A stretch of DNA of 64,000 bases from SAR202 cluster bacterium (lineage in GTDB: Bacteria > Chloroflexota > Dehalococcoidia > Lucifugimonadales > UBA826). The notes under the pieces were generated by a model that saw only the letters and a list, made by a program, of their open reading frames with translations, made no database searches and had not been told where the DNA came from. Both the position numbers and the translations under genes were made by a program. Of this stretch, positions 29,377 to 37,902 are shown piece after piece. The stretch covers positions 18,047 to 82,046 of the forward strand of contig RQOP01000051.1 of the NCBI GenBank assembly GCA_008373095.1, read 5' to 3'. How positions within the stretch are numbered: position 1 is the first letter of the stretch; each line of letters opens with the position of its first letter.

Positions 29377-30294
29377 TTGGAAATATTCTCTCAATTATGG
29401 AATAGCGTAATCATCCAGCCGATGATAAACAGCTTATTGATTCTCTATAGCATAGCTATCAGTAATTTTGGGTTAGCCATCATTCTTTTCACTGTGATAA
29501 TTCGGGCAGCCATGATGCCTTTGACAGTGAAGCAAAGCAAGCAAATGAAGTCTATGACCGCTCTTCAGCCCAAGATAAAAGAAATTCAAAATAAGTATAA
29601 GAATGATAAGCAGAGACAATCCCAAGAGACGATGAAGTTGTATAAAGAGCAAGGAGTTAATCCGATAGGGTGTTTAGGGCCAATGTTTATACAATTCCCG
29701 ATATGGATCGGGCTGTATCAGGCAATTTTGCAAACGGTGCCTACCACTCCTGAAAGCCTGGTTAACTTATCTGGTCATTTATATGAGTGGCTACCTTTAG
29801 TTCATGATGTAGTGCCAATAAATAGTAATTTTATGTGGTTAAATTTAGCTAACCCAGATCCACTGCCTGTTTTTCCGATTCTGGTTGGGGTATCTATGTG
29901 GTTTATGCAAAAAATGACCACTATGCCTGCCATGGATGATAGGCAAGCCTCAACCAATAGAATGATGCTATGGATGATGCCGATCATGTTTGGGTTTTTT
30001 ACGATGCAATTCCCAAGTGGGTTAGCTTTATATTGGGTAGTGTCGAACGTAGTAGGAATTGTTATTCAAGGTTTCATCACTGGGTGGGACCCAATTAAGA
30101 ATTTAGTCAATTTTGCCAGTAACCGGACACCACAACCTACGGCAGCCCTTGCCGGGGGACCAACTCCGGACCTGGAGGAGGAACAAATAGATGAAGTCGA
30201 TAGAGATGACCGCCAAGACAGTGGAAGAAGCGATCGAAATCGCCCTAAAAGAACTAGACGCCGACCGCGTAGAGGTAGAAATAGACGTCATTAG
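29377..30294 (+). CDS. yidC: YidC/Oxa1-family membrane insertase (short form) with basic C-terminal tail
   Basis: FGLAIILFTVIIRAAMMPLT, LQPKIKEIQNKYKND and MKLYKEQGVNP motifs. The tail is RPKRTRRRPRRGRNRRH. TTG start. Confidence 0.9.
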   Translation: MEIFSQLWNSVIIQPMINSLLILYSIAISNFGLAIILFTVIIRAAMMPLTVKQSKQMKSMTALQPKIKEIQNKYKNDKQRQSQETMKLYKEQGVNPIGCLGPMFIQFPIWIGLYQAILQTVPTTPESLVNLSGHLYEWLPLVHDVVPINSNFMWLNLANPDPLPVFPILVGVSMWFMQKMTTMPAMDDRQASTNRMMLWMMPIMFGFFTMQFPSGLALYWVVSNVVGIVIQGFITGWDPIKNLVNFASNRTPQPTAALAGGPTPDLEEEQIDEVDRDDRQDSGRSDRNRPKRTRRRPRRGRNRRH

Positions 30295-30826
30295 TCGAGG
30301 TAAGCCTGGCATATTAGGTATAGGCAGTGAATTAGCTGCCGTGAGGGTTACGAAAGTAGATGGGACCTCAGATACACTGAGTTCTGCTAGTGAAGTTATT
30401 AATAATCTTGTGTCTCATATGGATGTTGATGTTGTTGTGAATCTAAAAGAAGCGGACAATGAAGAGACTGGAGCCCCAGTATTTGAGATAGAAGGTGACG
30501 ATTCTGGCTTGTTGATAGGCCGAAAAGGGGAAACTCTACGGTCTTTACAATTCCTAACTAGATTTATTGTGAGCAGGCAAACAGGAGAAAGAGCAAATAT
30601 TTCTCTTGATGTTGAAGGGTATGATGAGAGGAGAAAGCAATCTTTGGCTAATTTGGCTAGTCGGGTTGCTCAGAGGGTTGTAAAAACTGGACGGTCAATT
30701 GAGCTGGAACCCATGTCAGCCAGAGAGCGAAGGCTGGTCCATGTGGCTTTGGCTGAAAACACGGATGTCTACACAGAAAGCTCAGGAGAGGGGCGAGACA
30801 GAAGGGTGGTGGTAATTCCTTCTTAA
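30191..30826 (+). CDS. jag: Jag/KhpB RNA-binding protein (Jag_N-KH-R3H)
   Basis: AKTVEEAIEIALKEL (Jag_N), GRKGETLRSLQ (KH), ERRLVHVAL (R3H). An SD (GGAGGAGGA) lies 9 nt upstream of the ATG at 30191. Confidence 0.85.
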   Translation: MKSIEMTAKTVEEAIEIALKELDADRVEVEIDVISRGKPGILGIGSELAAVRVTKVDGTSDTLSSASEVINNLVSHMDVDVVVNLKEADNEETGAPVFEIEGDDSGLLIGRKGETLRSLQFLTRFIVSRQTGERANISLDVEGYDERRKQSLANLASRVAQRVVKTGRSIELEPMSARERRLVHVALAENTDVYTESSGEGRDRRVVVIPS

Positions 30827-30901
30827 AACTTTGAGCGGTTACGTGATGGCGATTAACATGTTGGAGGTTTACAATCTTGTTCCACTGTTAATACGCTGCC
30901 C

Positions 30902-30930
30902 TTGCTTCAACTGATATCTAATAACATAAT
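30902..30930 (+). promoter_or_regulatory. candidate sigma70-like promoter
   Basis: TTGCTT (30902-30907), a 17-nt spacer, CATAAT (30925-30930), upstream of the permease gene. Confidence 0.35.
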
Positions 30931-30962
30931 GGGCCAAAGATTCAACATTCGGACCCCTAAGT

Positions 30963-32099
30963 ATGCAACAGCCAGGTAACTTCAACGCTTCACTGGAAAA
31001 AGTGGCCAAAGTGTCACTTTATGTATTTATTGGGGTTGTTGTTTGCTTCGCTCTTTATCTGGTGAGAGGAGCCTTGTTTCCTTTTGTACTAGGTATAGTT
31101 CTCACCTATATTCTTAATCCATTTGTCAATTTTTTTGAGAAATTTATTCCTCTTAGAAACACAAAACCTAAATTGACCCGAGCGATATCTATTGCAATCG
31201 TAACATTGAGTTCTTTTCTTATCATTGCTGGGGGGCTTCTATTGGTTATACCGCCAATGTTTAAGCAATCAAGCGAGTTAGTTGCTGATATACCCAATTT
31301 GATCAGAGATGCAAGGACAACCGTGGAAAGTTGGAATTCCGAATATGCCTCCAACATCCCAGAAGAGATACGTGTGGAAATTGATAGATTATTGGAAAAT
31401 GGTGGGGAGATACTACTAAGTGCATTTCGAGGTGTTTTAAGTAGAACGGCAGTGGCTGCTGTTCATGCTTTAACTCTGGTTGTCGGTTTGGTAGTGCTGC
31501 CTTTGTTTGTGTTTTATTTTTTGAAGGATAGAGAAGCTGTCCGGGAATCTTTTGTAGAAGTGTTCCCAACAGATGCTCAGATTCACGTCGTGTATGTTCT
31601 TAGAATTCTTAATCGCATTATTGGTGCTTACGTTCGGGCTCAATTTACATTAGCTGCTGTGGTATGGGTTTTAATTTCCATCGGCCTAATGCTAATGAGT
31701 GTAAAATACGCCGTGCTGCTGGGAGCAGTTGCAGGTATATTTGAATTGGTCCCAATTGTGGGGGCCTGGCTTGCGGTTATTCCTACTATTATCGTAGTTC
31801 TTTCTACATCTCCCGAAAAAATTCTTTGGGTGTTACTTTTATATTTAGGAGTTCAGCTATTTCAAGGCGCTATCCTAGTGCCTAGGGTTCAAAGTTTTGC
31901 TATGAAACTTCATCCATTGATGATATTGATATCTATAGTTGTTGGTAGTGAAATAGCTGGTCTTTGGGGCGTTGTATTGGGACCTCCAATCGCTGCTGCC
32001 GCTAAAGAGCTAATAATATACTTCAATAATCCTCCTCAATATGGCATTTTGGCAGAGGAAAATGAAATACTAGAACCGGATGAAAGTGGTATTGCCTAA
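30963..32099 (+). CDS. AI-2E family transporter (PerM-like permease)
   Basis: About 8 TM segments and family-typical length and layout. Confidence 0.7.
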   Translation: MQQPGNFNASLEKVAKVSLYVFIGVVVCFALYLVRGALFPFVLGIVLTYILNPFVNFFEKFIPLRNTKPKLTRAISIAIVTLSSFLIIAGGLLLVIPPMFKQSSELVADIPNLIRDARTTVESWNSEYASNIPEEIRVEIDRLLENGGEILLSAFRGVLSRTAVAAVHALTLVVGLVVLPLFVFYFLKDREAVRESFVEVFPTDAQIHVVYVLRILNRIIGAYVRAQFTLAAVVWVLISIGLMLMSVKYAVLLGAVAGIFELVPIVGAWLAVIPTIIVVLSTSPEKILWVLLLYLGVQLFQGAILVPRVQSFAMKLHPLMILISIVVGSEIAGLWGVVLGPPIAAAAKELIIYFNNPPQYGILAEENEILEPDESGIA

Positions 32100-32129
32100 A
32101 GAATATAGGTTTAGAAAGCTGATTTAATT

Positions 32130-32861
32130 ATGGTAAATGTACAGAGTTTTGAAGAAGACAAAATTCAATTAATTTCTATTCATCCATTGGATGTTGAGAA
32201 TGATTCATATATGAACCTTTTTTGGGCCTTGGAAGATGCGATACAGGAAATAAACAGCAATGTATCATCGGCTGTAGTATTAGTGGACTTAAGCGATGTT
32301 ATATTGAAACCTAAATCCTTAGGTGTTGGGTATGAATCTTATTTTATTAGCGATCTGATTTCAGGCATAAAATTTCCCACCATTGGCATTGTTGATTCTG
32401 AAGCGCATCTCGCATTACTTGAGTTGTTCTTATGTTTTGATATAAGGATTACAAACAGAAAAAGTAGATTCTCTATGTCACATATTTTGGAAGGTTTTAC
32501 TCCAACAGATGGAGGAACCCAAAGGCTTCCACGAATAGTAGGTGTTGGTAGAGCAATGGATTTGTTATTGACGGGCAGGTGTTTTTCTGCCGAAGAAGCT
32601 ATGGAAATAGGTGTTGTGCAATATCTTTTTCCGAAAGATGTAGTTGGTGAAGCGATAGCTTTGGGGTCTCAAATAGCTGCCCATGGACCTATTGCCGCGC
32701 AATATCTGAAAGAGGCGATAATGAATGGAGCTGATATGACATTGAGTCAAGGTTTGAGCTTGGAAACGGATCTAAATGTGATTTTGCAGAGTACATTTGA
32801 TAGAGCTGAAGGGATTCAGTCTTTTTTGAACAAGAAGTCTCCTAAATTCCTAGGTCGGTGA
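32130..32861 (+). CDS. crotonase-fold protein with degenerate active-site motifs
   Basis: The C-terminal half aligns with enoyl-CoA hydratases (GGTQRLPRIVGVGRAMDLLLTGR). The oxyanion-hole motifs seen in the neighbouring paralogue are missing. Confidence 0.65.
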   Translation: MVNVQSFEEDKIQLISIHPLDVENDSYMNLFWALEDAIQEINSNVSSAVVLVDLSDVILKPKSLGVGYESYFISDLISGIKFPTIGIVDSEAHLALLELFLCFDIRITNRKSRFSMSHILEGFTPTDGGTQRLPRIVGVGRAMDLLLTGRCFSAEEAMEIGVVQYLFPKDVVGEAIALGSQIAAHGPIAAQYLKEAIMNGADMTLSQGLSLETDLNVILQSTFDRAEGIQSFLNKKSPKFLGR

Positions 32862-32871
32862 AAAAGGTGAT

Positions 32872-33600
32872 ATGGAATTAGTTGCACCAAAAGATGAAGT
32901 AGTGCTGTATCAGGTCACTGACGGTGTAGCTCATATAAAGTTGAATAGGCCAGACCAAATAAATGCTTTCAACATTGAAATGAGAGATATGCTTTTTCAA
33001 ACTTTGGAACTTTATAGAGACGACAATGAAGCGAAGGTCGCGATTATTAGTGGAGAGGGGGGAAGAGGATTTTGTGCCGGGGCTGATCTAACAGAATTTG
33101 GGACCACTCCATCTCAGGTTATTTCCAGGGATGTTAGATGGGAAAGAGATTTATGGGGACTATTCATAGCTCTTAGAAAACCGATTATAGCTAAATTACA
33201 TGGATATGTTATTGGGTCTGGAATTGAAATAGCTGCTCTTTGTGACATCAGAGTTGCTGCTGATAGTTCGGTGTTCAGGATGCCGGAGGTTGCCTTGGGT
33301 ATGATACCTGCGGCAGGTGGGACACAAACGTTGCGTAATATGGTCGGGGCCAGCAAGGCTCTCGAAATAATTATGACTAACAGAATGATAGATGCTTCAG
33401 AGGCACTTAAAATTCGGCTGATCGACCGCATTGCTACTGAAGATAATCTTGATCGTGCAGTCCTAAATGTTGCGAGAAGTCTGGCTGAGCTGAACCCCAA
33501 ATTGTTGTCATCTTTGAAGTCAACTGTGATTAAAGGCTTGGACCTGACCATGGCTCAGGGGATTCAATATGAAAGGCGTAATTTTGTCCAAGGGAAATAA
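32872..33600 (+). CDS. enoyl-CoA hydratase/isomerase family protein
   Basis: GEGGRGFCAGADL, GYVIGSGIEIAALCDIRVA and PEVALGMIPAAGGTQ motifs. Confidence 0.85.
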   Translation: MELVAPKDEVVLYQVTDGVAHIKLNRPDQINAFNIEMRDMLFQTLELYRDDNEAKVAIISGEGGRGFCAGADLTEFGTTPSQVISRDVRWERDLWGLFIALRKPIIAKLHGYVIGSGIEIAALCDIRVAADSSVFRMPEVALGMIPAAGGTQTLRNMVGASKALEIIMTNRMIDASEALKIRLIDRIATEDNLDRAVLNVARSLAELNPKLLSSLKSTVIKGLDLTMAQGIQYERRNFVQGK

Positions 33601-33629
33601 CTTTTCTAGGAATTTTTAAGAGAGATTAT

Positions 33630-33703
33630 TGGCTGCCCGGCCAGGATTCGAACCTGGGTCGAAGGAGTCAAAGTCCTTAGTGCTACCACTACACCACCGG
33701 GCA
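33630..33703 (-). tRNA. tRNA-Gln (anticodon UUG), CCA encoded
   Basis: The reverse complement folds by hand into a cloverleaf. The acceptor stem is UGCCCGG/CCGGGCA (U1:A72), the anticodon arm AAGGA-CUUUGAC-UCCUU, the T arm CCAGG-UUCGAAU-CCUGG. Length is 74 nt. Confidence 0.9.
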
Positions 33704-33862
33704 TCAAGTTATTTGAAAACTTATGAAGATTTAGTATATCCCAATAAGTGGTGTTCTAGTTAAATTTTTTTCTGTATATACTTAGACTTTGTTTGTGGCT
33801 TGTTATGCTTTGCTTCGCGAGCCTCAATACCGCTTAACATGCGTTAATAAAGGGAGATTTCT

Positions 33863-34819
33863 TTGGTTACGGATCCTAATGAATTTAAAGGTGTCATTAA
33901 GAAAATAAAAGATAATATTCAAAAAGTTATTGTTGGCAAATCAGATGTTATCGATTCGGTCTTGATTTCCATATTGTGTAATGGTCATGTACTTGTTGAA
34001 GATGTACCTGGCTCAGGTAAAACTACCTTGGCTCGAGCGGTAGCTTCTTCTCTAGATTGTAGTTTCGGAAGAATTCAATTCACACCTGACTTAATGCCAT
34101 CTGACGTTGTTGGTGTCAACTGGTTTAATCAAAAATCAAGCGAATTTGAATTTCAGAGTGGTCCAATATTTAACCAAATAATACTGGCTGATGAAATAAA
34201 TAGAGCAACTCCAAGAACTCAATCGGCCCTGCTTGAATCTATGCAGGAAACACAAGTAACTGTAGATGGAGATAGTCGCAGTTTACCAACACCATTCATT
34301 GTGTTGGCTACTCAAAACCCTCTGGACATGGAGGGAACCTTTCCCCTTCCAGAAGCACAGTTGGATAGGTTTTTAATGAAAATTTCATTGGGTTATCCCT
34401 CTGAAAAAGAGGAATCGGACATCATTCTTAGGTTTCATAAAGAAGGTTATTCTGAAAATATACAACCGGTTGCAAACGGGGAAACAATAAAGGATATGGA
34501 GAAATTTTCGTCATCGGTTAAAGTGGAAGAGAACATTCGTGACTATATTATATCGATAGTTAGAGCAACTCGAGAAAATGATAAATTGATTGTTGGGGCT
34601 AGCCCAAGAGGATCTTTAGGTCTATATAAATGTAGCCAAGCGAACGCAGCATTACATGGTAGGGACTATGTAATACCTGATGATGTTAAAACTCTTACTA
34701 ATTCGGTGTTGTCACATAGGATCATACCTACATCTAACGCTCGGCTGAGAGGGTTTGGTGGAAATGAAATATTAGAAGAAATAGTTTCAGAAATCCCTGT
34801 GCCAATGGAAGTAAGTTAA
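33863..34819 (+). CDS. MoxR-family AAA+ ATPase
   Basis: Walker A VPGSGKTTLA, Walker B ILADEINRA, and QNPLDMEGTFPLPEAQLDRF. TTG start after AAAGGGAG. Confidence 0.88.
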   Translation: MVTDPNEFKGVIKKIKDNIQKVIVGKSDVIDSVLISILCNGHVLVEDVPGSGKTTLARAVASSLDCSFGRIQFTPDLMPSDVVGVNWFNQKSSEFEFQSGPIFNQIILADEINRATPRTQSALLESMQETQVTVDGDSRSLPTPFIVLATQNPLDMEGTFPLPEAQLDRFLMKISLGYPSEKEESDIILRFHKEGYSENIQPVANGETIKDMEKFSSSVKVEENIRDYIISIVRATRENDKLIVGASPRGSLGLYKCSQANAALHGRDYVIPDDVKTLTNSVLSHRIIPTSNARLRGFGGNEILEEIVSEIPVPMEVS

Positions 34820-34828
34820 TCTAAAGGT

Positions 34829-36064
34829 ATGGTTAAGAAGTTTTGGCATGACTTTTGGATTCTGTTAATAGTTACCTTAGTAATTATTGGAGTCTTTTCA
34901 GGTCAAGGAATGCTTATAGGCTTGTCTGTTATGAGTCTCCTTGTGGTTTGTACGGCATGGTTATGGAACAAAGTTTCACTCGAAAATCTAGACTATATCA
35001 GGGTGATACCACAGAAAAGGGTTTTTATTGGAGATACTGTCCCTTTTCGTATTGAGCTTCACAATAAAAAACCAATACCAGTGCCAAGGATCGATATAGT
35101 AGATGATATTCCCGACTGCTTGAACCTTGTTGGCCCAGACATTAAACCAAGTGCAACTTTCGACGCTGTTTCAATGACCCACTCAACCTCTGTGTCCGCC
35201 TATCAAAAGACATCATGGGATTATTCACTTAAACCCAATAAAAGAGGGTTCCACCGTTTGGGGTCTGTGAATATTTTGGGGGGCGATATCTTTGGTTTAT
35301 TTCAGAGTAAAAAAACCTCTCCTACTCGAGATTACATATTGGTTTATCCTCAGGTAATAAATTTACCTGATCTTGGCATGCCTGAATCAAGGCCATTGGG
35401 TGACAAAATTACCGGTCTAAACATATATCAAGATGTGTTTTGGAATAGAGGTATAAGGACTTATGAGAAGGGAGATCCTCTAAATACAATTGACTGGAAA
35501 TATACGGCCAAAAAATCACAATTAATGGTCAAAACATTTGAATCCACGAATAAAAATGATGTTATTTTGGCCGTCTCGGTTGAAACATCTGCAAAAGTGT
35601 GGGAAGGCTATTCTGCAATAAATTTAGAACGAGTAATAACGGCCGCAGCTTCTATTGCTAGCAATTGTAGCCTTGAAGGGTTCAGCCTTGGGTTATTTTC
35701 CAATGGTACCCCTGTACTATCGGACTTACCCATGAAAATACCTGCATCTCAATCAGAGGATCAACTAAGATTGATATTGGAAACATTAGCTACCCTAGGA
35801 CCGATTGCGTCAGGCTCTATTTCCGAAAATTTGAACACTTGGTATAAAAGTTTTCCATTAGGCTCTACGGTGGTTTTGGTTACCTCTTTTTTTACCCAAG
35901 ATTTGCTGGATTCTCTAAGGAATATTGAAAAATTTGGGTGCAAGGTAGTTCTTGTTAACGTTTCCGATGAGCTGTGTGATATCACAGAGGAAGAGTTCAT
36001 AAAATACGAGATTGGAGCTCATTTTAGTCGTATGGAGTCAGCAGGTGAATTCGTACCAGTCTAA
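34829..36064 (+). CDS. DUF58-domain protein
   Basis: Two N-terminal TM segments, and RTYEKGDPLNTIDWKYTAKKSQLMVKTFE, the DUF58 signature. Confidence 0.8.
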   Translation: MVKKFWHDFWILLIVTLVIIGVFSGQGMLIGLSVMSLLVVCTAWLWNKVSLENLDYIRVIPQKRVFIGDTVPFRIELHNKKPIPVPRIDIVDDIPDCLNLVGPDIKPSATFDAVSMTHSTSVSAYQKTSWDYSLKPNKRGFHRLGSVNILGGDIFGLFQSKKTSPTRDYILVYPQVINLPDLGMPESRPLGDKITGLNIYQDVFWNRGIRTYEKGDPLNTIDWKYTAKKSQLMVKTFESTNKNDVILAVSVETSAKVWEGYSAINLERVITAAASIASNCSLEGFSLGLFSNGTPVLSDLPMKIPASQSEDQLRLILETLATLGPIASGSISENLNTWYKSFPLGSTVVLVTSFFTQDLLDSLRNIEKFGCKVVLVNVSDELCDITEEEFIKYEIGAHFSRMESAGEFVPV

Positions 36065-37457
36065 AATTGTCGCTCTATGTTTGATATTAGCTGACTCTGT
36101 TTGGCTATATTCAATTTTTGCTGTCGTAGGAGTGATTGTTTCATTGGAGCGTAGCCCTCTAGCATATGTTGCATGTTTTGTTGCATATGCTTCCTCGCTG
36201 TATATTTCCCAGTTTTTGAATTTCCTTAATTTGAGATTTTCAATTGCAGTTGTACTCCAAATGTTATTGGGATCAGTCATTTGTTATTACTTGATCGGAG
36301 TTTCGAATATTCCGGATGAACGAGGGTTTTCTATTTTCTGGGTATTGAACATTGACCAATGGGATTACGAAAGTGGAGAAGTTGGTCTATCGATTGCTTT
36401 GGCGACTTTAATGAGCGCTTTTATGTGGGTAAAAGGAGGTCTTTCCGGGTCAAGTGACTTTCTTTTGGAAGCTATGTTTTCTACCTTTAGGATCGGCATA
36501 ATTGTCATGGCATTTACAGTTACAGTCGATATCTTTCATGTCGCCGATTTATCGATGTCGACCTTAATGTATGTCTTTTTTGCCGCAAGCTTGTCAGGTT
36601 TGGCCATTGGTAGGATTAAACCTTCTTCAGATATTGACAAACCCAATTTTGGTTGGTTCAAGATAGTATCTTTTTTGGTAGTAGCTGTAATTCTAGTTGG
36701 TGTTTTATTTGCTTCTTTGAGTAAGGATTTATTGGGGACTGTCTCTTCACCCATCACAACCCTTATAAGCTGGATAGCGATGGGAATCGTTTATTTGATT
36801 GCAATTCCAATCATTTATCTAATTCAATTTTTGATCAAAATTTTCAGTTGGGTGCTTGGCGATCCTAATCTTCCTGATCAACCTGCTCAGCAGCAGCAAC
36901 CTGTGGAAGGTATAGGAAATGTACTGGAAGGTTTGGTCAATGCCCCGGTGTCAGAAGAACCTTCTGCCGTAATGCAATATTTTGAATATGCCGCAATATT
37001 TATCCTTGTAATGGCCTTCATACTCGTTCTCGGAATTGCTTTTAGAAGAATTAATAGGCCCCAGAAGGTATCTGATGCAGGGGTTAAATCTGAGATTGAA
37101 GGATCTGAAGGTTCTTTAAGCGATTTGTTTGATATAGCTAAAAGGTTACTCCGGAGAGAAGGTTACTCTGAAAAGAAAGATTTTGTAATACCTGATCATC
37201 TTGATCATAAGAGCAAAACCATATTAGGGTCCTACTACAGATTGTTGTATTTGGGTTCGAAAAACGGTTTGGATAAATCATCCTTTGCCACTCCTAAGGA
37301 ATTTCAACCATTTCTGTCTCGTATTTTCGATGTAATCATCGTAAAAAAAGTGACAAATGCTTTCGCACGTGTTTGCTATGGTGCTCAGACTCCTTCTGTA
37401 GAAGAGGTTGAAGAAGTAACAAAATTAATGGACGATTTAGATATTAATAAAAATTAA
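36012..37457 (+). CDS. polytopic membrane protein with C-terminal DUF4129-like domain
   Basis: At least 8 TM segments, a Gln-rich linker (PDQPAQQQQP), and a C-terminal TPKEF...ARVCYGAQTPSVEE. The start may be the GTG at 36045. Confidence 0.6.
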   Translation: MELILVVWSQQVNSYQSKIVALCLILADSVWLYSIFAVVGVIVSLERSPLAYVACFVAYASSLYISQFLNFLNLRFSIAVVLQMLLGSVICYYLIGVSNIPDERGFSIFWVLNIDQWDYESGEVGLSIALATLMSAFMWVKGGLSGSSDFLLEAMFSTFRIGIIVMAFTVTVDIFHVADLSMSTLMYVFFAASLSGLAIGRIKPSSDIDKPNFGWFKIVSFLVVAVILVGVLFASLSKDLLGTVSSPITTLISWIAMGIVYLIAIPIIYLIQFLIKIFSWVLGDPNLPDQPAQQQQPVEGIGNVLEGLVNAPVSEEPSAVMQYFEYAAIFILVMAFILVLGIAFRRINRPQKVSDAGVKSEIEGSEGSLSDLFDIAKRLLRREGYSEKKDFVIPDHLDHKSKTILGSYYRLLYLGSKNGLDKSSFATPKEFQPFLSRIFDVIIVKKVTNAFARVCYGAQTPSVEEVEEVTKLMDDLDINKN

Positions 37458-37824
37458 ATGGTAGCTTTGCTAGCCATATACCGACTAGAGCTGCTATCAA
37501 TCCAATCACTACACTAGAAACCAAATAAAATATAGCTTTGGTGTAGTTACCATTAGACATAAGCTGTACGCTAGACACTGTCACAGTTGAAAAAGTGGTA
37601 AAAGATCCACAAAATCCCACTCCCAACAGTAATGAATACTCTTGATTCCAGTTAGCTTTGTTGAAAGCACAACCTACCAAAAATCCTAAAATGAGTGATC
37701 CAATAATATTTACTGAAAAAGTTCCTAATAAACTAGAACCAAGGTATGAATTCGCCATACGGTCTGCGCCGTACCTACATGCAGCTCCGGCTGCTCCTCC
37801 GAGGATCACTAATACCCAGTTCAT
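37444..37824 (-). CDS. crcB: fluoride channel CrcB/FluC
   Basis: 126 aa, 4 TM segments, GGAAGAACRY and GFCGSFTTFST motifs. Confidence 0.88.
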   Translation of the reverse strand: MNWVLVILGGAAGAACRYGADRMANSYLGSSLLGTFSVNIIGSLILGFLVGCAFNKANWNQEYSLLLGVGFCGSFTTFSTVTVSSVQLMSNGNYTKAIFYLVSSVVIGLIAALVGIWLAKLPFNFY

Positions 37825-37867
37825 CTACAGCTAACCTACCATTTTATGAATTTTTAGAATATAGGAT

Positions 37868-37900
37868 GTTTGGGGATATTAGTAAAAAATATCCCCAAAC
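37868..37900 (-). other. perfect 12-bp hairpin between trxB and crcB
   Basis: GTTTGGGGATAT / ATATCCCCAAAC with a 9-nt loop, 2 nt after the trxB stop. There is no clear U-tract. Confidence 0.5.
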
Positions 37901-37902
37901 GA

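Noticed and set aside
33630-33862. tRNA-Gln as a possible integration site for a mobile element bordering the MoxR cluster.
   Set aside because: I saw no integrase or recombinase, no direct repeat of the tRNA 3' end, and no compositional break. The flanking genes are ordinary chromosomal genes.
37825-37902. Fluoride (crcB-motif) riboswitch upstream of crcB.
   Set aside because: The 78-nt interval is too short. Apart from the 12-bp hairpin, it shows none of the conserved GGnGAUGG...CCGCC...CUGAUGAUUCCUAC-like elements.
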